Part shown: positions 39,711 through 49,447 of the stretch, piece by piece
Numbering within the stretch: position 1 is the first letter of the stretch
How the letters are laid out: each line of letters starts with the position of its first letter
Assembly: GCA_963738685.1 (NCBI GenBank)
Contig: CAVTXK010000002.1
Span: 1,042,602-1,106,601, forward strand
Direction of reading: 5' to 3'
DNA length: 64,000 nucleotides
Origin: an uncultured Chloroflexia bacterium
Lineage (GTDB): Bacteria > Chloroflexota > Limnocylindria > Limnocylindrales > CSP1-4
Notes under the pieces: generated by a model
Seen by the model: only the letters and a program-made list of their open reading frames with translations
Told to the model about the DNA's origin: nothing
Databases searched by the model: none
Made by a program: the position numbers and the translations under genes

Positions 39711-40568
39711 GTGACCTTCCCCGACGTCGAGACCAACGCCCAGAGCCCGGTCAACCTGACCCGGCAGAAGCGGCAGTTGGCCGAGCAGGCCATCGCCCAG
39801 GCCGCCGCCGCCCAGTGGACCGATGCCACCGCCACGAACCGCAAGCTGCTGGAGCTCGGCCCGGACATCGAGGCCGAGAACCGCCTCGCGAAGGCGCTCT
39901 GGGAGCTCGGCATGCTCGCCGAGGCGCGCGAGCATTACCAGACCGCGTTGGCCCTCGATCCGACCAACCGGATCGCCGAGCGCAACATCGATCGGCTCAA
40001 GGTGCTGCTCCACGCGGCCGGCGAGAAGACGGTCGCCGCACAGGAGGGCAGCAAGGCCCCGGTCAGCATCTTCGTCGAGGAGACTGGCAAGACCGGTTTC
40101 GCGTTCCTGACCGACCTCGCCACGCCGAAGGAGCTCGCCCAGGTCAACCCGGGCGACTCGGTGGAGCTGACCCCTGAAGGCAATCGGCTCATCGCGTACA
40201 GCAACGGGAAGCGCATCGGCGTGGTCGAGCCGCGGGTCGCCGCCCGCCTGCTCAAGCTCATGGCCGACGGCAACAAGTACGCCGCCGGGGTGACCAGCCT
40301 CGGCGACAAGGACGTCCGGCTCATCATCCGCGAGACCTACCAGGACCCGTCGAACTACGGCAAGGTCAGCTTCCCGACCGCGGCGAAGTCGACCGACCTC
40401 CGTCCGTACACCAAGGGCACCCTCGTCCGCGAGGAGATGGAGCTCGAGGAGGATCTCGAGGACGACGAGGAGGACGAGGAGATCGAGGACCTCGATCGCG
40501 TCCTGCCGCCCGAGTCGACGACGGACGAGGCATTCGAGGATGAGCCCGACGAGCTCGACGAGCCGTAG
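39711..40568 (+). CDS. TPR-repeat protein with an acidic C-terminal tail
   Basis: 285 aa with GTG start. TPR-like RLAKALWELGMLAEAREHYQTALALDPTN and the tail EEMELEEDLEDDEEDEEIEDLD. High GC3. Confidence 0.75.
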   Translation: MTFPDVETNAQSPVNLTRQKRQLAEQAIAQAAAAQWTDATATNRKLLELGPDIEAENRLAKALWELGMLAEAREHYQTALALDPTNRIAERNIDRLKVLLHAAGEKTVAAQEGSKAPVSIFVEETGKTGFAFLTDLATPKELAQVNPGDSVELTPEGNRLIAYSNGKRIGVVEPRVAARLLKLMADGNKYAAGVTSLGDKDVRLIIRETYQDPSNYGKVSFPTAAKSTDLRPYTKGTLVREEMELEEDLEDDEEDEEIEDLDRVLPPESTTDEAFEDEPDELDEP

Positions 40569-40631
40569 GTCGTCCTGGCGCGGTCGCAGCCGCGTCCGAC
40601 TCGATGGGGCGGTCCGTCCGGTAGCATCTGC

Positions 40632-43333
40632 ATGACGATGACCGGTCGTGCCACCACCACGCGCGTCGAGACGGGGTTCTCACTCCCTGCCTTCGACCGG
40701 CTCGCGCCCGCTCCGTCGCTGGCCCTGCTCGCGGCGCGAATCGAAGCCCACACCGGACCGGGCGACGTCGTCGCCGATCTCGCCGGGCGGGGCGGCTGGG
40801 TGGCACGCGCCGCCCTGGACCGCCAGCGCCGCGCGGTCTCGATCGAGTCGACGCCGCTCACCCGGATGCTGGCCGAGGTCGTCCTCCGCCCGCCGGATGT
40901 CCGCCATCTCGACGCGGCCTTCCAGGGGATGTCCGCCTCACCGCGCCGCGAATCGAGCCTCAAGGTGTCGATCGGCGACCTGTTCGCCACGCGCTGTGCG
41001 ACGTGCGGCCGGATGCTCGTCGCGGACGAGTTCACCTGGTCGACCGAGGGCGACGAACCCGCGCGGGCCGTCGCCCGCCACTATCGATGCACGGTCTGCC
41101 GCGACCAGCGCGGCGGTTCGGAGCAGCGCCAGGCACCGCTGGAGCCCGACGACGTCCGGCGCTCGACCGCTGACGCCGATCTCGAGGCGGCTCGAGCCTG
41201 GGCGCGCGAACGGTTCCCGCCGGTCGAGGGCGCCACGACCCTCGTCGACGAGTTGCTCGAGCTGCATACGCCTCGGCAGCTCATCGCTCTGACCGCGATC
41301 ATGGAACGGATCGAGACCGACCTGCGGGCCGCCCCGGTCCTGGCCGCGCTCCGTCTCGCGCTGTTGCACGCGCTGATCCCGGCCAGCCGGCTGGCGAGCG
41401 GCGCAGGTCGCGGTGGGGCGCTGCGCGTGTCGCGGCGGCCACGTCCGTCTGCCGAGCGCGACCCAGTGGCGCGAGCGCAACCCGTGGCTCGCGTTCGAGG
41501 AGTCGTTCCGGGGTGTGCGTGGGTTCGTGCAGCGCCTCGAGGGCGGCGCGCTGGGCCCGCTCCAGGCCCGCCTCGGCGAGGACCTCCGTTCGCTGGGGGA
41601 GGGGTCGGCGACGGCCGTGCTCGCGGTGGCCAGCCCCTCGGCGGTCCGGGCCCTGAGCGACGGCGGGGCCAGCGCCGGCTGGGACCGCTCCGCGACGCCC
41701 GCGCCGCGCGTCCGGCTGGTGCTCGGCCAGCCGCCCATCCGCCCGAGCCTGGACCGGCTGGCTGCCGCGTACCACGGGACGGCCTGGACCCTCGGCCGCG
41801 AGGCCGCGTCGCTGCTGCCCGTCGATGCCCTGGCCGACACGCTCGCTGCGGGCACCCTGGTCGTGGCAGGCCGTGGCGATCAGTCGCGTCGCTCGCGGCC
41901 GTGGAGCCGGTCATGGCCCGCGATGGTCGGGTCGTCCAGCTCGTCGATGGTGGGATGGAGGCGCTCGCCGCGGTCGCGATCGGTGGCGCGTCGGCCGGGT
42001 ATCGCGTTGCCGTCGCGCGGCTGTCGGATCCGGACGATGCCGCGGCCGGGGTCATCGAGCTCATGCCGCCCGGGTCGGCCGTGCCGCCCGGCCCGCGGAC
42101 CCGGGCGAACGTCGGCTTGCCCGCGGTTCCGGGTGGGTCCGGCGACCCGGACATGGTCCCGGGGCGCGGCCTGTTCGCCCCACCCGAGCGCTTCGACCAG
42201 CGGCCGTTCTCCGTCGCCGATGCGGCCAAGGTCGTGACCGACGCCGCCGTCGAGACGCTGCGAGCCCGCGGCGAGCCGGCCCGCATGGAGCGGCTGTTCG
42301 GCGAGATCCTCGTCGGCCTGGACCGGTCCGGGCAGCTCCGGCGGCTGGCGACGGGGGCCCGCCCCGGGCATGTCGCGCGACGACGCCGCCGGCGACGCCC
42401 ACGCCGGCCGAACCGGCCCCCGACGACGTCATCCTCCGGACCGATGGCGGCGACCCCGTCGAGCGGCTCCTCGCCCTCATCCGCGACGAACTCGCCCGCC
42501 CGGATCAGCGACGTCTCGTCGAGATCGAGCCCGGCCGCTGGTGGCTCGGCGACCAGGCGGATCGGGATGCTGCCGCCGCGCCGCTCGCCGACCGCGTCGA
42601 GTGGGCCGTGTTCAGCCTCCTCTCGACGGCCGGCCCGCTGTCCGAGGCCGCGTTCTACGAGCGGATGGCCACGATGTTCAGCGGTCACGACCTGCCGGAC
42701 GAGACCCTCGTGCGGGCGTGCCTCGAGAGCTACCGGAGCCTCGCGAGCACCCCGGATCGCCTGGTCACCGGCGACGACCTGTTGAAGCGGAGCCAGGAGC
42801 ACTCGGAGCTACTCGCCGCGATCACGGAGGGCGGGCACCGGATGGGGATGCGCGTCTGGCTCGCGGAACGCGAGCAGGCCCGGCGGCACGGCCAGGGCAC
42901 ACTCGGCGACCTGCTCGACGAACGTGAGCGCAACGCCTATCTCGGCAGCATCGGCCGTCCGACCGAGGATCTCGCCGAGATCGATGCGATCTGGTACATC
43001 CGCGGCAAGGTCGCGTTCCTGTTCGAGGTCGAATGGACGGCCATCCTGGGTGAACCGTTGCTGCGCCGGCATGCCCGGATCGGAGCCGACGAGCGACTCA
43101 TCCGGTTCCTCGTCGTGGCCCCGGAGCGGACCGATCTCGTGCGCCACAAGCTCGAGCGCTCGCCGGTTCTCCGGGCCGCGATGGAGGAGGGTGGCTGGAA
43201 CATCATCAAGTGGGACCACCTGCGCACCTTCCTCGAGGCGGAGACCCCCGATCTCGACGACCTCGAGCCACTGCTCGGCCTCGATCCGGTCGTCGAGCGA
43301 GGCGGCGAGCAGATGCCGTTGTTCGGCGGCTGA
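40632..43333 (+). pseudogene. large (about 900 aa) Zn-ribbon methyltransferase-like / nuclease-like protein, at least 4 frame switches
   Basis: Coding signal (high GC3, plausible peptide) runs 40632-~41432 in the frame of ORF 40632. It continues ~41434-41880 in the frame of ORF 41413, 41883-~42355 back in the frame of ORF 40632, ~42370-42418 in the frame of ORF 42370, and 42420-43333 in the frame of ORF 41825. The N-terminus has VVADLAGRGGWVARAA (SAM motif I-like) and CATCG..x..CTVC. The C-terminus has EIDAIWYIRGKVAFLFEVEW. Confidence 0.65.
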
Positions 43334-43417
43334 GAGCGGCGGACGCTACGCTAGCGCTCCACATCCGCGCGGTCGCCTGACCGCGCCCTTTTGCTGCCCC
43401 GGGGAGGCGACCCGACC

Positions 43418-45101
43418 ATGACCGACGACCGTTCCGCCGTGGATGCCCTGTCCGACCGATTCTGGGAGGGCGTGCTCGAGCTCAACCCGACGACCGCCAC
43501 GTTCTACGGCGACCCGCGCTACGCCGATCGCCTCGAGGACCCAGTCGCCCGAGGGACGCGCCAAGGCGCGGGACCTGATGCAGCGAACGGCCGACGAGGC
43601 CGCCGCGATCCCGATCGAGGGCCTCTCGACGGAGGAGCGCATCACCCGCGACATGCTCCAGGTCATCGGAGAGCTGGCGGTCGAGGAGGACGACCAGGGC
43701 CTGCACCAGCTCCGCGTCGTCGACCAGATGGGCGGCCCGCAGCAGCTGCTGCCGACCGCTTACCTCGTTCCAGCCGGTCGACACGCCCGAGCGGCTCGAG
43801 GCGTTCATCGCCCGGTTGCACGCGTACCCCGCGTTCATGCAGGCCAACGCCGACATCCTCCGCGAGGCGCTCGGCACCGGGCTGACGGCGCCGTCGATCG
43901 TGACCGAGCGGACCATCGCCCAGATGGAGCGGATGCTCGCCATCCCGATCGAGGAGGCGATCATCCCGGCCAGCGTCCAGGGCGCGTCCGATGCCGACCG
44001 TGAGCGGATCCGCGAGGTCGTCCGCGACGTGGTCTAGCCGGCCGACGCTGAACTTCCTCGATACGCTGCGCGGCGAGTACCGCCACGCCAGTCGCGAGGA
44101 GCCGGGCATCTGGTCAGCGCCCAACGGCGACCAGATCTACCGGACCGCGATCCGCAGCTGGACCACGCTCGAGATGGACCCGCGCGAGATCCACGAGATC
44201 GGGCTCGCCGAGCTCGAGTCGATCGAGGCCGAGCGGCGCGAGATCTCGCGGGCCGCGGGCTTCGGGGACGACACGAACGCCTACCGGGCGTCGCTCGACG
44301 CCGATCCGACGAATACGCCCGGCACCAAGGACGAGCTCGTGCAACGGGCGCGGGAGGACATCGAGCGGGCGATGGCGGCCGCGCCGCGGTACTTCGGCCG
44401 GCTGCCGGTGGCCGGCTGCGAGGTCCGCGCGGTCGAGGAGTACAAGGAGAAGGACGCGCCCTTCGCGTACTACTACCCGCCCTCCGCGACGGGCAGCCGG
44501 GACGGGCATCTACTACGCCAACGGCTACGACCTGCCGTCGCGCAAGTACACGAAGCTGGCGTCGACGACCTACCACGAGGCGGCGCCCGGGCACCACTTC
44601 CAGATCACGCTCGAGATGGAGAACACGAACCTCAACACCTTCCGGCGACTCGGTTCGCGCATGGTCGGCGGGGCGTATGTCGAGGGCTGGGGCCTGTACA
44701 GCGAGCGGCTGGCCGACGAGATGGGGCTGTATCGGAGCGAGGCCGAGCGGTTCGGGATGCTCGACGGCCAGGCCTGGCGCGCGGCGCGACTCGTGGTCGA
44801 CACCGGGATGCACGCCCTCCGCTGGGAGCGCCAGCGCTCGATCGACTTCCTGCGCAACGACGCCGGCCTGTCCGAGACCGATGCCGTGATCGAGACCGAT
44901 CGCTACATCTGCTGGCCGGGCCAGGCCCTGACCTACAAGCTTGGCCAGCGCCAGATCGAGGCGTTGCGGCGCGAGATCACGGAGCGCGACGGCTCGCGGT
45001 TCGACCTGCGCGAGTTCCACGACCAGGTCCTGGGGCACGGGTCCCTGCCGCTCGCGACGCTGGCCCGCGAGTTGCCGACCTGGGTGGCCACGCCGGCCTG
45101 A
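43418..45101 (+). pseudogene. DUF885-family (metallopeptidase-like) protein with four +1 frame switches
   Basis: ATG at 43418 has GGGGAGG upstream. The peptide MTDDRSAVDALSDRFWEGVLELNPTTATFYGDPRYADRLEDP / SPEGRAKARDLMQ..VVDQMGGPQQLLP / FQPVDTPERLEAFIARLHAYPAFM..IREVVRDVV / RPTLNFLDTLRGEY..YYYPPSATGSRDG / IYYANGYDL..TTYHEAAPGHHFQ..TDRYICWPGQALTYKLG is spread over 5 segments. Switches fall near 43543, 43758, 44035 and 44504. Confidence 0.75.
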
Positions 45102-45102
45102 A

Positions 45103-45146
45103 CCCGCCCCGCCCCGCCGCCCCGCCCCGCCGACACGCCCCGCCCC
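45103..45146. repeat. C-run simple-sequence tract (G-quadruplex-capable on the minus strand)
   Basis: Seven runs of C3-C4 separated by 1-9 nt, starting 2 nt after the DUF885 stop: cccgccccgccccgccgccccgccccgccgacacgccccgcccc. Confidence 0.7.
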
Positions 45147-45156
45147 GCCGACCAAT

Positions 45157-45326
45157 GTCACCACCAGGCACACATTTCGCATAGCCGTGCTTGGCCGGCT
45201 CACGGAGGTAACTCCCAGACAACATCCCGGCACAGCCGTGCACGATCCGATGCCCAGGGTGCATAGAGCCGCGTACGGGGTGATGGACCACGAGGGACCT
45301 GTTCGGATTTGGTGCCTGGTGGTTAC
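45157..45326 (+). repeat. GTCAC-TIR element copy L2: one 51-bp half-unit plus 119-bp core
   Basis: gtcaccaccaggcacac..atagccgtgc at 45157-45207. Core 45208-45326: gtaactcccagacaac..cacagccgtgcacgatccgatgcccaggg..accacgaggga..ggtgcctggtggttac. Confidence 0.85.
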
Positions 45327-45831
45327 GCGACGGTAGGAGCGGGGCGCGGGGGCCTCGCCCGCCCCAGCCGACCTGGGTGGCCACGCCGCCGGCCCCGGCC
45401 TTGGCGACCCCTTCGGCCGAGCCCGGCCGGCCTGGTTGCCACGCGGCCTGACGCGTTGGGCACGTGCCGTCGAAGCCGCCTCGACGGCACGCGTGCCGGA
45501 CAAGTCGTGGGATTCGATCCCCATGCCGGCCCGGTCATGCATCCCATGACTACGACCGCGCCATCGCGGCGCGTACGGCCCAGCGGGCGCGCCTGCGACC
45601 GTGGCTGGGCCATCGATTTCGAGCGTGCACGACCGATCAGACGGCGAGCAGCCACACTGAATGCCCGCTTGCGGGTCTCGATGTGCCTGTCCTGGTCATG
45701 ACGCGAATATCCGGGCTGTGAGCACGCCAGAACCGCGCGCCCGCCACCCGTTGGTCAGCCCTTGGACCAGAGACAGGACCCGTTGCCGCAGCGCACCGCC
45801 AGTTCGGGCGGTGGTCGCTCCCACGCGTGAC

Positions 45832-45853
45832 GTTCACTTGCCGTTAACACCCT
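45832..45853 (+). promoter_or_regulatory. PHO-box-like pair of 11-nt direct repeat units
   Basis: GTTCACTTGCC GTTAACACCCT, 60 nt upstream of the PhoX-like ATG. Resembles actinobacterial PhoP direct-repeat units (GTTCACC core) and the Bacillus TT(A/T/C)ACA-N5-TTAACA pattern. Confidence 0.35.
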
Positions 45854-45912
45854 GTGGGTGGACCATTACGGACCCCAGCGAATGCCCCCGCACCGCACAC
45901 CAGGAGGCCCAC

Positions 45913-47749
45913 ATGAACCGTCCTCGGTCCGCATCCGGACGCGGTCGCGCGCGCCACGTTCTCGCATCGGCCGTCGCCGCGCTGATGCTCTTCGGCTCGG
46001 TGCCGCTCGTCTCGGCCGACGATGACGAGGCCGGGCCCTCGGGCCCGGGATTCGATACGAGCCGTGCGGCGATGCTCGACGGCATGCTGCCCGGGTTCAC
46101 GGTCGATCCCCTGATCACGACGGGCGACACACTACCGAGCGGGTACCGATTCGAATCGATTCCCGATGGGATCTCGTTCCTGCCTTCGAGCAAGGGCGAC
46201 GATGAGCGTCGCGCCTCCGGCGCAACCATCTTCGTCAACCATGAGACCTCGACCGTGCCATTCCCGTTCCCGCTCGACGGCGTCGTCGCGACGGAATCCA
46301 ATTCGCAGAACGACTTCGACAATTCCCAGGTCAGCCGGCTGAGCTTGAACGGCCAGGCGGGGATCGTGTCCGGCGAGATGGTGATCCAGAGCGGAGAGAA
46401 CTTCCATCGGTTCTGTTCCAATTACCTGCCCACCAAGAAGGAAGGCTTCGACCGCCCGATCCTGTTCACCAACGAGGAGGGCGTCGACTGGGTCAACAAG
46501 ACCGGGACCCAGTGGCCGGCGCCGATCGGCGGAGCGACTTCGCGCCAGATCGGTGTCGTCGTGGCGCACGACGTCAAGTCCGGCGACACCCGCAGGATCT
46601 GGGGCATGGGTCGTCTCAACCACGAGAACTCCGTCGCGATCCCCGGGTACAAGGACATCGTGATGCTCACCGGCGATGACACCTTCACGACGACTCCTTC
46701 CCAGTCGCAGCTCTACTCGTACATCGCCGACGACGATGGTGCCGTCTGGCGAGACAAGGGCGATCTGTGGGCGTTCCGCTCGACCACCGACGGCATCACG
46801 CGCTATGACGACTTCGATCCGTTGCTCGGGACGCCCGCCTCGATCACCGGCGAGTACATCAAGGTGCCGCGGCTCATCGCGACCGGCCGTCACGCCAACG
46901 GCGTCGACATCAAGTCGTCCGATCCGGAGGTCATCGCCCTGCTCGGTGGGAACTTCCCGCCACCCGCGGACGGTACCTGGCAGCGCCGGCCCGGCGCGCC
47001 GGTGAACCGAGGCAGGCATGGATGGCCCGCAATGGGTCCTCGAAAAGTGGTCTCAGCTGAATACCATCTTCGACTTCGTCCGCCTGGAGGACATCGCGTA
47101 CGACAAGCGCAAGGGCGAGCAGAACGTCGTGTACCTGGTCGACTCGGGCCGCGGCACCAACGCCACGCCGGCGAAGGGGACCTCGACCAATGGGCGCATC
47201 TGGAAGATGGTGCTCGACAAGAAGGACCCCAAGAAGGTGACGTCGCTGTCGATCCTCATCGAAGGAGACGACAACCCGGTCAGGACCCCGACCGAGATGC
47301 ACCAGCCCGACAACATCGAGTCGACGGAGAACGGGCTGTACTTCACGGAGGACCCGGGTTCCCAGCAGCAGTTCCCCGTCACGTCGACGGATCCGAACGC
47401 GACCACGGCGCGGATCTTCCAGTACCTGTTCAACCCGCCCGCGGCGCAGCAGAACCCTCGCCCGATCTTCAAGGTCAACCAGGCCCAGGACGAGGACATC
47501 GGCTACGACGTCGACGGCAACCCGGCCGTCGAAGGACCGTTCGGCAACCTCGGAACGTGGGAGGCGAGCGGCATCGTGGATGCTTCGGCGGCCTACGGAC
47601 CCGGGGCGTTCCTCGTGACCGTCCAGGCGCATACCCTCTGGATCGAGAAGGCTCCCGGGCCGGACACGATCGCACCAGCGGGTAACCCCGACTGGACCTA
47701 CAAGCGGGAGGGAGGGCAGCTCCTTCTGATTCGCGTGCCGGGCGCCTGA
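45913..47749 (+). pseudogene. secreted PhoX/DUF839-like protein with one frameshift
   Basis: AGGAGG at 45902-45907, ATG at 45913, and signal peptide MNRPRSASGRGRARHVLASAVAALMLFGSVPLVSA. The body has TIFVNHETS..GRLNHENSV.. in the frame of ORF 45661. After ~47008 it continues as ..EAGMDGPQWVLEKW..TENGLYFTEDPG..WEASGIVD in the frame of ORF 47018. GC3 is visibly lower than in neighbouring genes. Confidence 0.6.
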
Positions 47750-47815
47750 CCGGACGGCCGTTCGCCGGCCCCTGCACCGTCGATGAGGCCCGCCGACCGG
47801 CGGGCCTCGTCGTGT

Positions 47816-49219
47816 CTAGGAGTCGAAGCCGATCCCGAGCGCGTCGAGGGTCCGCAGGAGGACCCCACGGCGGCCGTCGTTGCGGTCCGCCCGGTCGAGC
47901 TCGTGGCGGACCGTCTCCACGGCAAGGGAGCGCAACGGCTCGGGCGGGAACGGGATCGGCGGGCTGGTCACGAGCCGAAGCCGGAGTCGGTCCTCGGATG
48001 GGCGCAGGATGAAGTCGCGGACGACCCCGGCGGCCCATCGACTCGCCCCGACGCCGAGCCCGGTATAGCCGAGCGCGTACGTCACGCGGCCGCCCATCGT
48101 CTGCCCGAACGTCACCGTGAAGCGCGATGTCGTATCGATCGCGCCGCCCCATCGATAGGGGAAGCCAAGGCCATCGAGCTGCGGGAAGGCGCGGAAGAAC
48201 TGGGCCGCGAGCTTGTCGAACGTCTGCGGCCGCTGGTCCAGTTCGGGCGCGACGCGACTGCCGAAGTGGTGGATCGCGTCGTAACCGCCCCACAGGATCC
48301 GGTCGTCGGCGGTGAGCCGGAAGTAATGGAACTGGTTGTTGGCGTCGCTCAGACCCTGTCGCCGTTCCCAACCGATCGACGCTCGCTGGGTCGGGGTCAG
48401 TGGCTCTGACACCAGGACGTAGTCGTACACCGGCACGAACAACGAGGAGAGGCGACGGAACCAGCCGGAGTAGGCAGACGTGGCGACGACGACGTGGTCC
48501 GCCCGGACCGTGGCGCCGGCCTCGGTGGTGACGTCGACCCCGCCGGCGCGGCGGCTGAGTCCGGAAACGCGGGTCCGCTCGTGGATGGCCACCCCGCGCT
48601 CCCGGGCCACCCGGGCCAGGCCGCGGCAGAGCTTGGCCGGGTCCACGAGGATGTCCCGGCCGGGCGGCCGGTAGAGGCCGGCGTGCCAGAGCGGGGAGTG
48701 GACCTCGGCCCGGGCAGCTTCCCGGTCCAGGAAAACGAGGTCCTCCCCGTGCTCGGCCGCCTCGTCCACCCAGGAACGGAACTCATCGATCTGGTATGGC
48801 TGGTCGGCCAGCGCCAGGGTGCCCGTCTCCTCGAGGTCGCAGTCGATGCCGTGGGTCCGGGTGAAGTCGATCAGGGCCGCGAGGTTCTCGATGCCCTCAT
48901 GCTCGAGCCGCGCCAGCTCATCGGGGAAGTGCTTGATCCCGTTCGCCAGACCGTGGGTCAGGCTCGCCTCGCAGAAGCCGCCGTTCCGGCCCGAGGCTCC
49001 GAACGCGACCGTCTCGGCCTCGAGGACGGCGACGCGCAACGTGGGGTCGGTGTCGGTCAGCTGGATGGCGGTCCACAGGCCGGTGAACCCGCCACCGACG
49101 ATGACGACGTCGACCTGCCGATGCTCCCCGGGGTCCAGCGGCGGGTCGGCCGTGCCCGCCGGCGCCGGGTTGCGCAACCAGTAGCTGACGGGCGTCGAGC
49201 GACCGGACAGGGGGCTCAT
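47816..49219 (-). CDS. FAD-dependent oxidoreductase (DAO family)
   Basis: ATG at 49219. Has the dinucleotide fold VDVVIVGGGFTGLWTAIQL and FGASGRNGG. 467 aa, intact. Confidence 0.85.
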   Translation of the reverse strand: MSPLSGRSTPVSYWLRNPAPAGTADPPLDPGEHRQVDVVIVGGGFTGLWTAIQLTDTDPTLRVAVLEAETVAFGASGRNGGFCEASLTHGLANGIKHFPDELARLEHEGIENLAALIDFTRTHGIDCDLEETGTLALADQPYQIDEFRSWVDEAAEHGEDLVFLDREAARAEVHSPLWHAGLYRPPGRDILVDPAKLCRGLARVARERGVAIHERTRVSGLSRRAGGVDVTTEAGATVRADHVVVATSAYSGWFRRLSSLFVPVYDYVLVSEPLTPTQRASIGWERRQGLSDANNQFHYFRLTADDRILWGGYDAIHHFGSRVAPELDQRPQTFDKLAAQFFRAFPQLDGLGFPYRWGGAIDTTSRFTVTFGQTMGGRVTYALGYTGLGVGASRWAAGVVRDFILRPSEDRLRLRLVTSPPIPFPPEPLRSLAVETVRHELDRADRNDGRRGVLLRTLDALGIGFDS

Positions 49220-49447
49220 CGGCGCATGGTGCCATGCCCATGGTCCCGTCATCACGCACGTCCGTATCCGCACGGAACCCCGCCAGACCGCGCGGGATTC
49301 GTCGCAGCCGGGTCAGATCGGGACGAATGTCGCGTTGACGTCGCGAACGGCCGTGTGGCACGATGAAACGACGATCGTCCCGTATCGCGCAACGCCCGTC
49401 CCATCGCTCGGGCCGTGCGCCCGACCACCTCCGCACTGAGGAGCCTC

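Noticed and set aside
45500-45535. A tRNA gene at the T-arm-like GGGATTCGATCCCC.
   Set aside because: No cloverleaf can be drawn. The upstream hairpin has a 15-bp stem, too long for an anticodon arm. There is no matching 5' acceptor strand, and the T-stem itself mispairs. At best it is a remnant.
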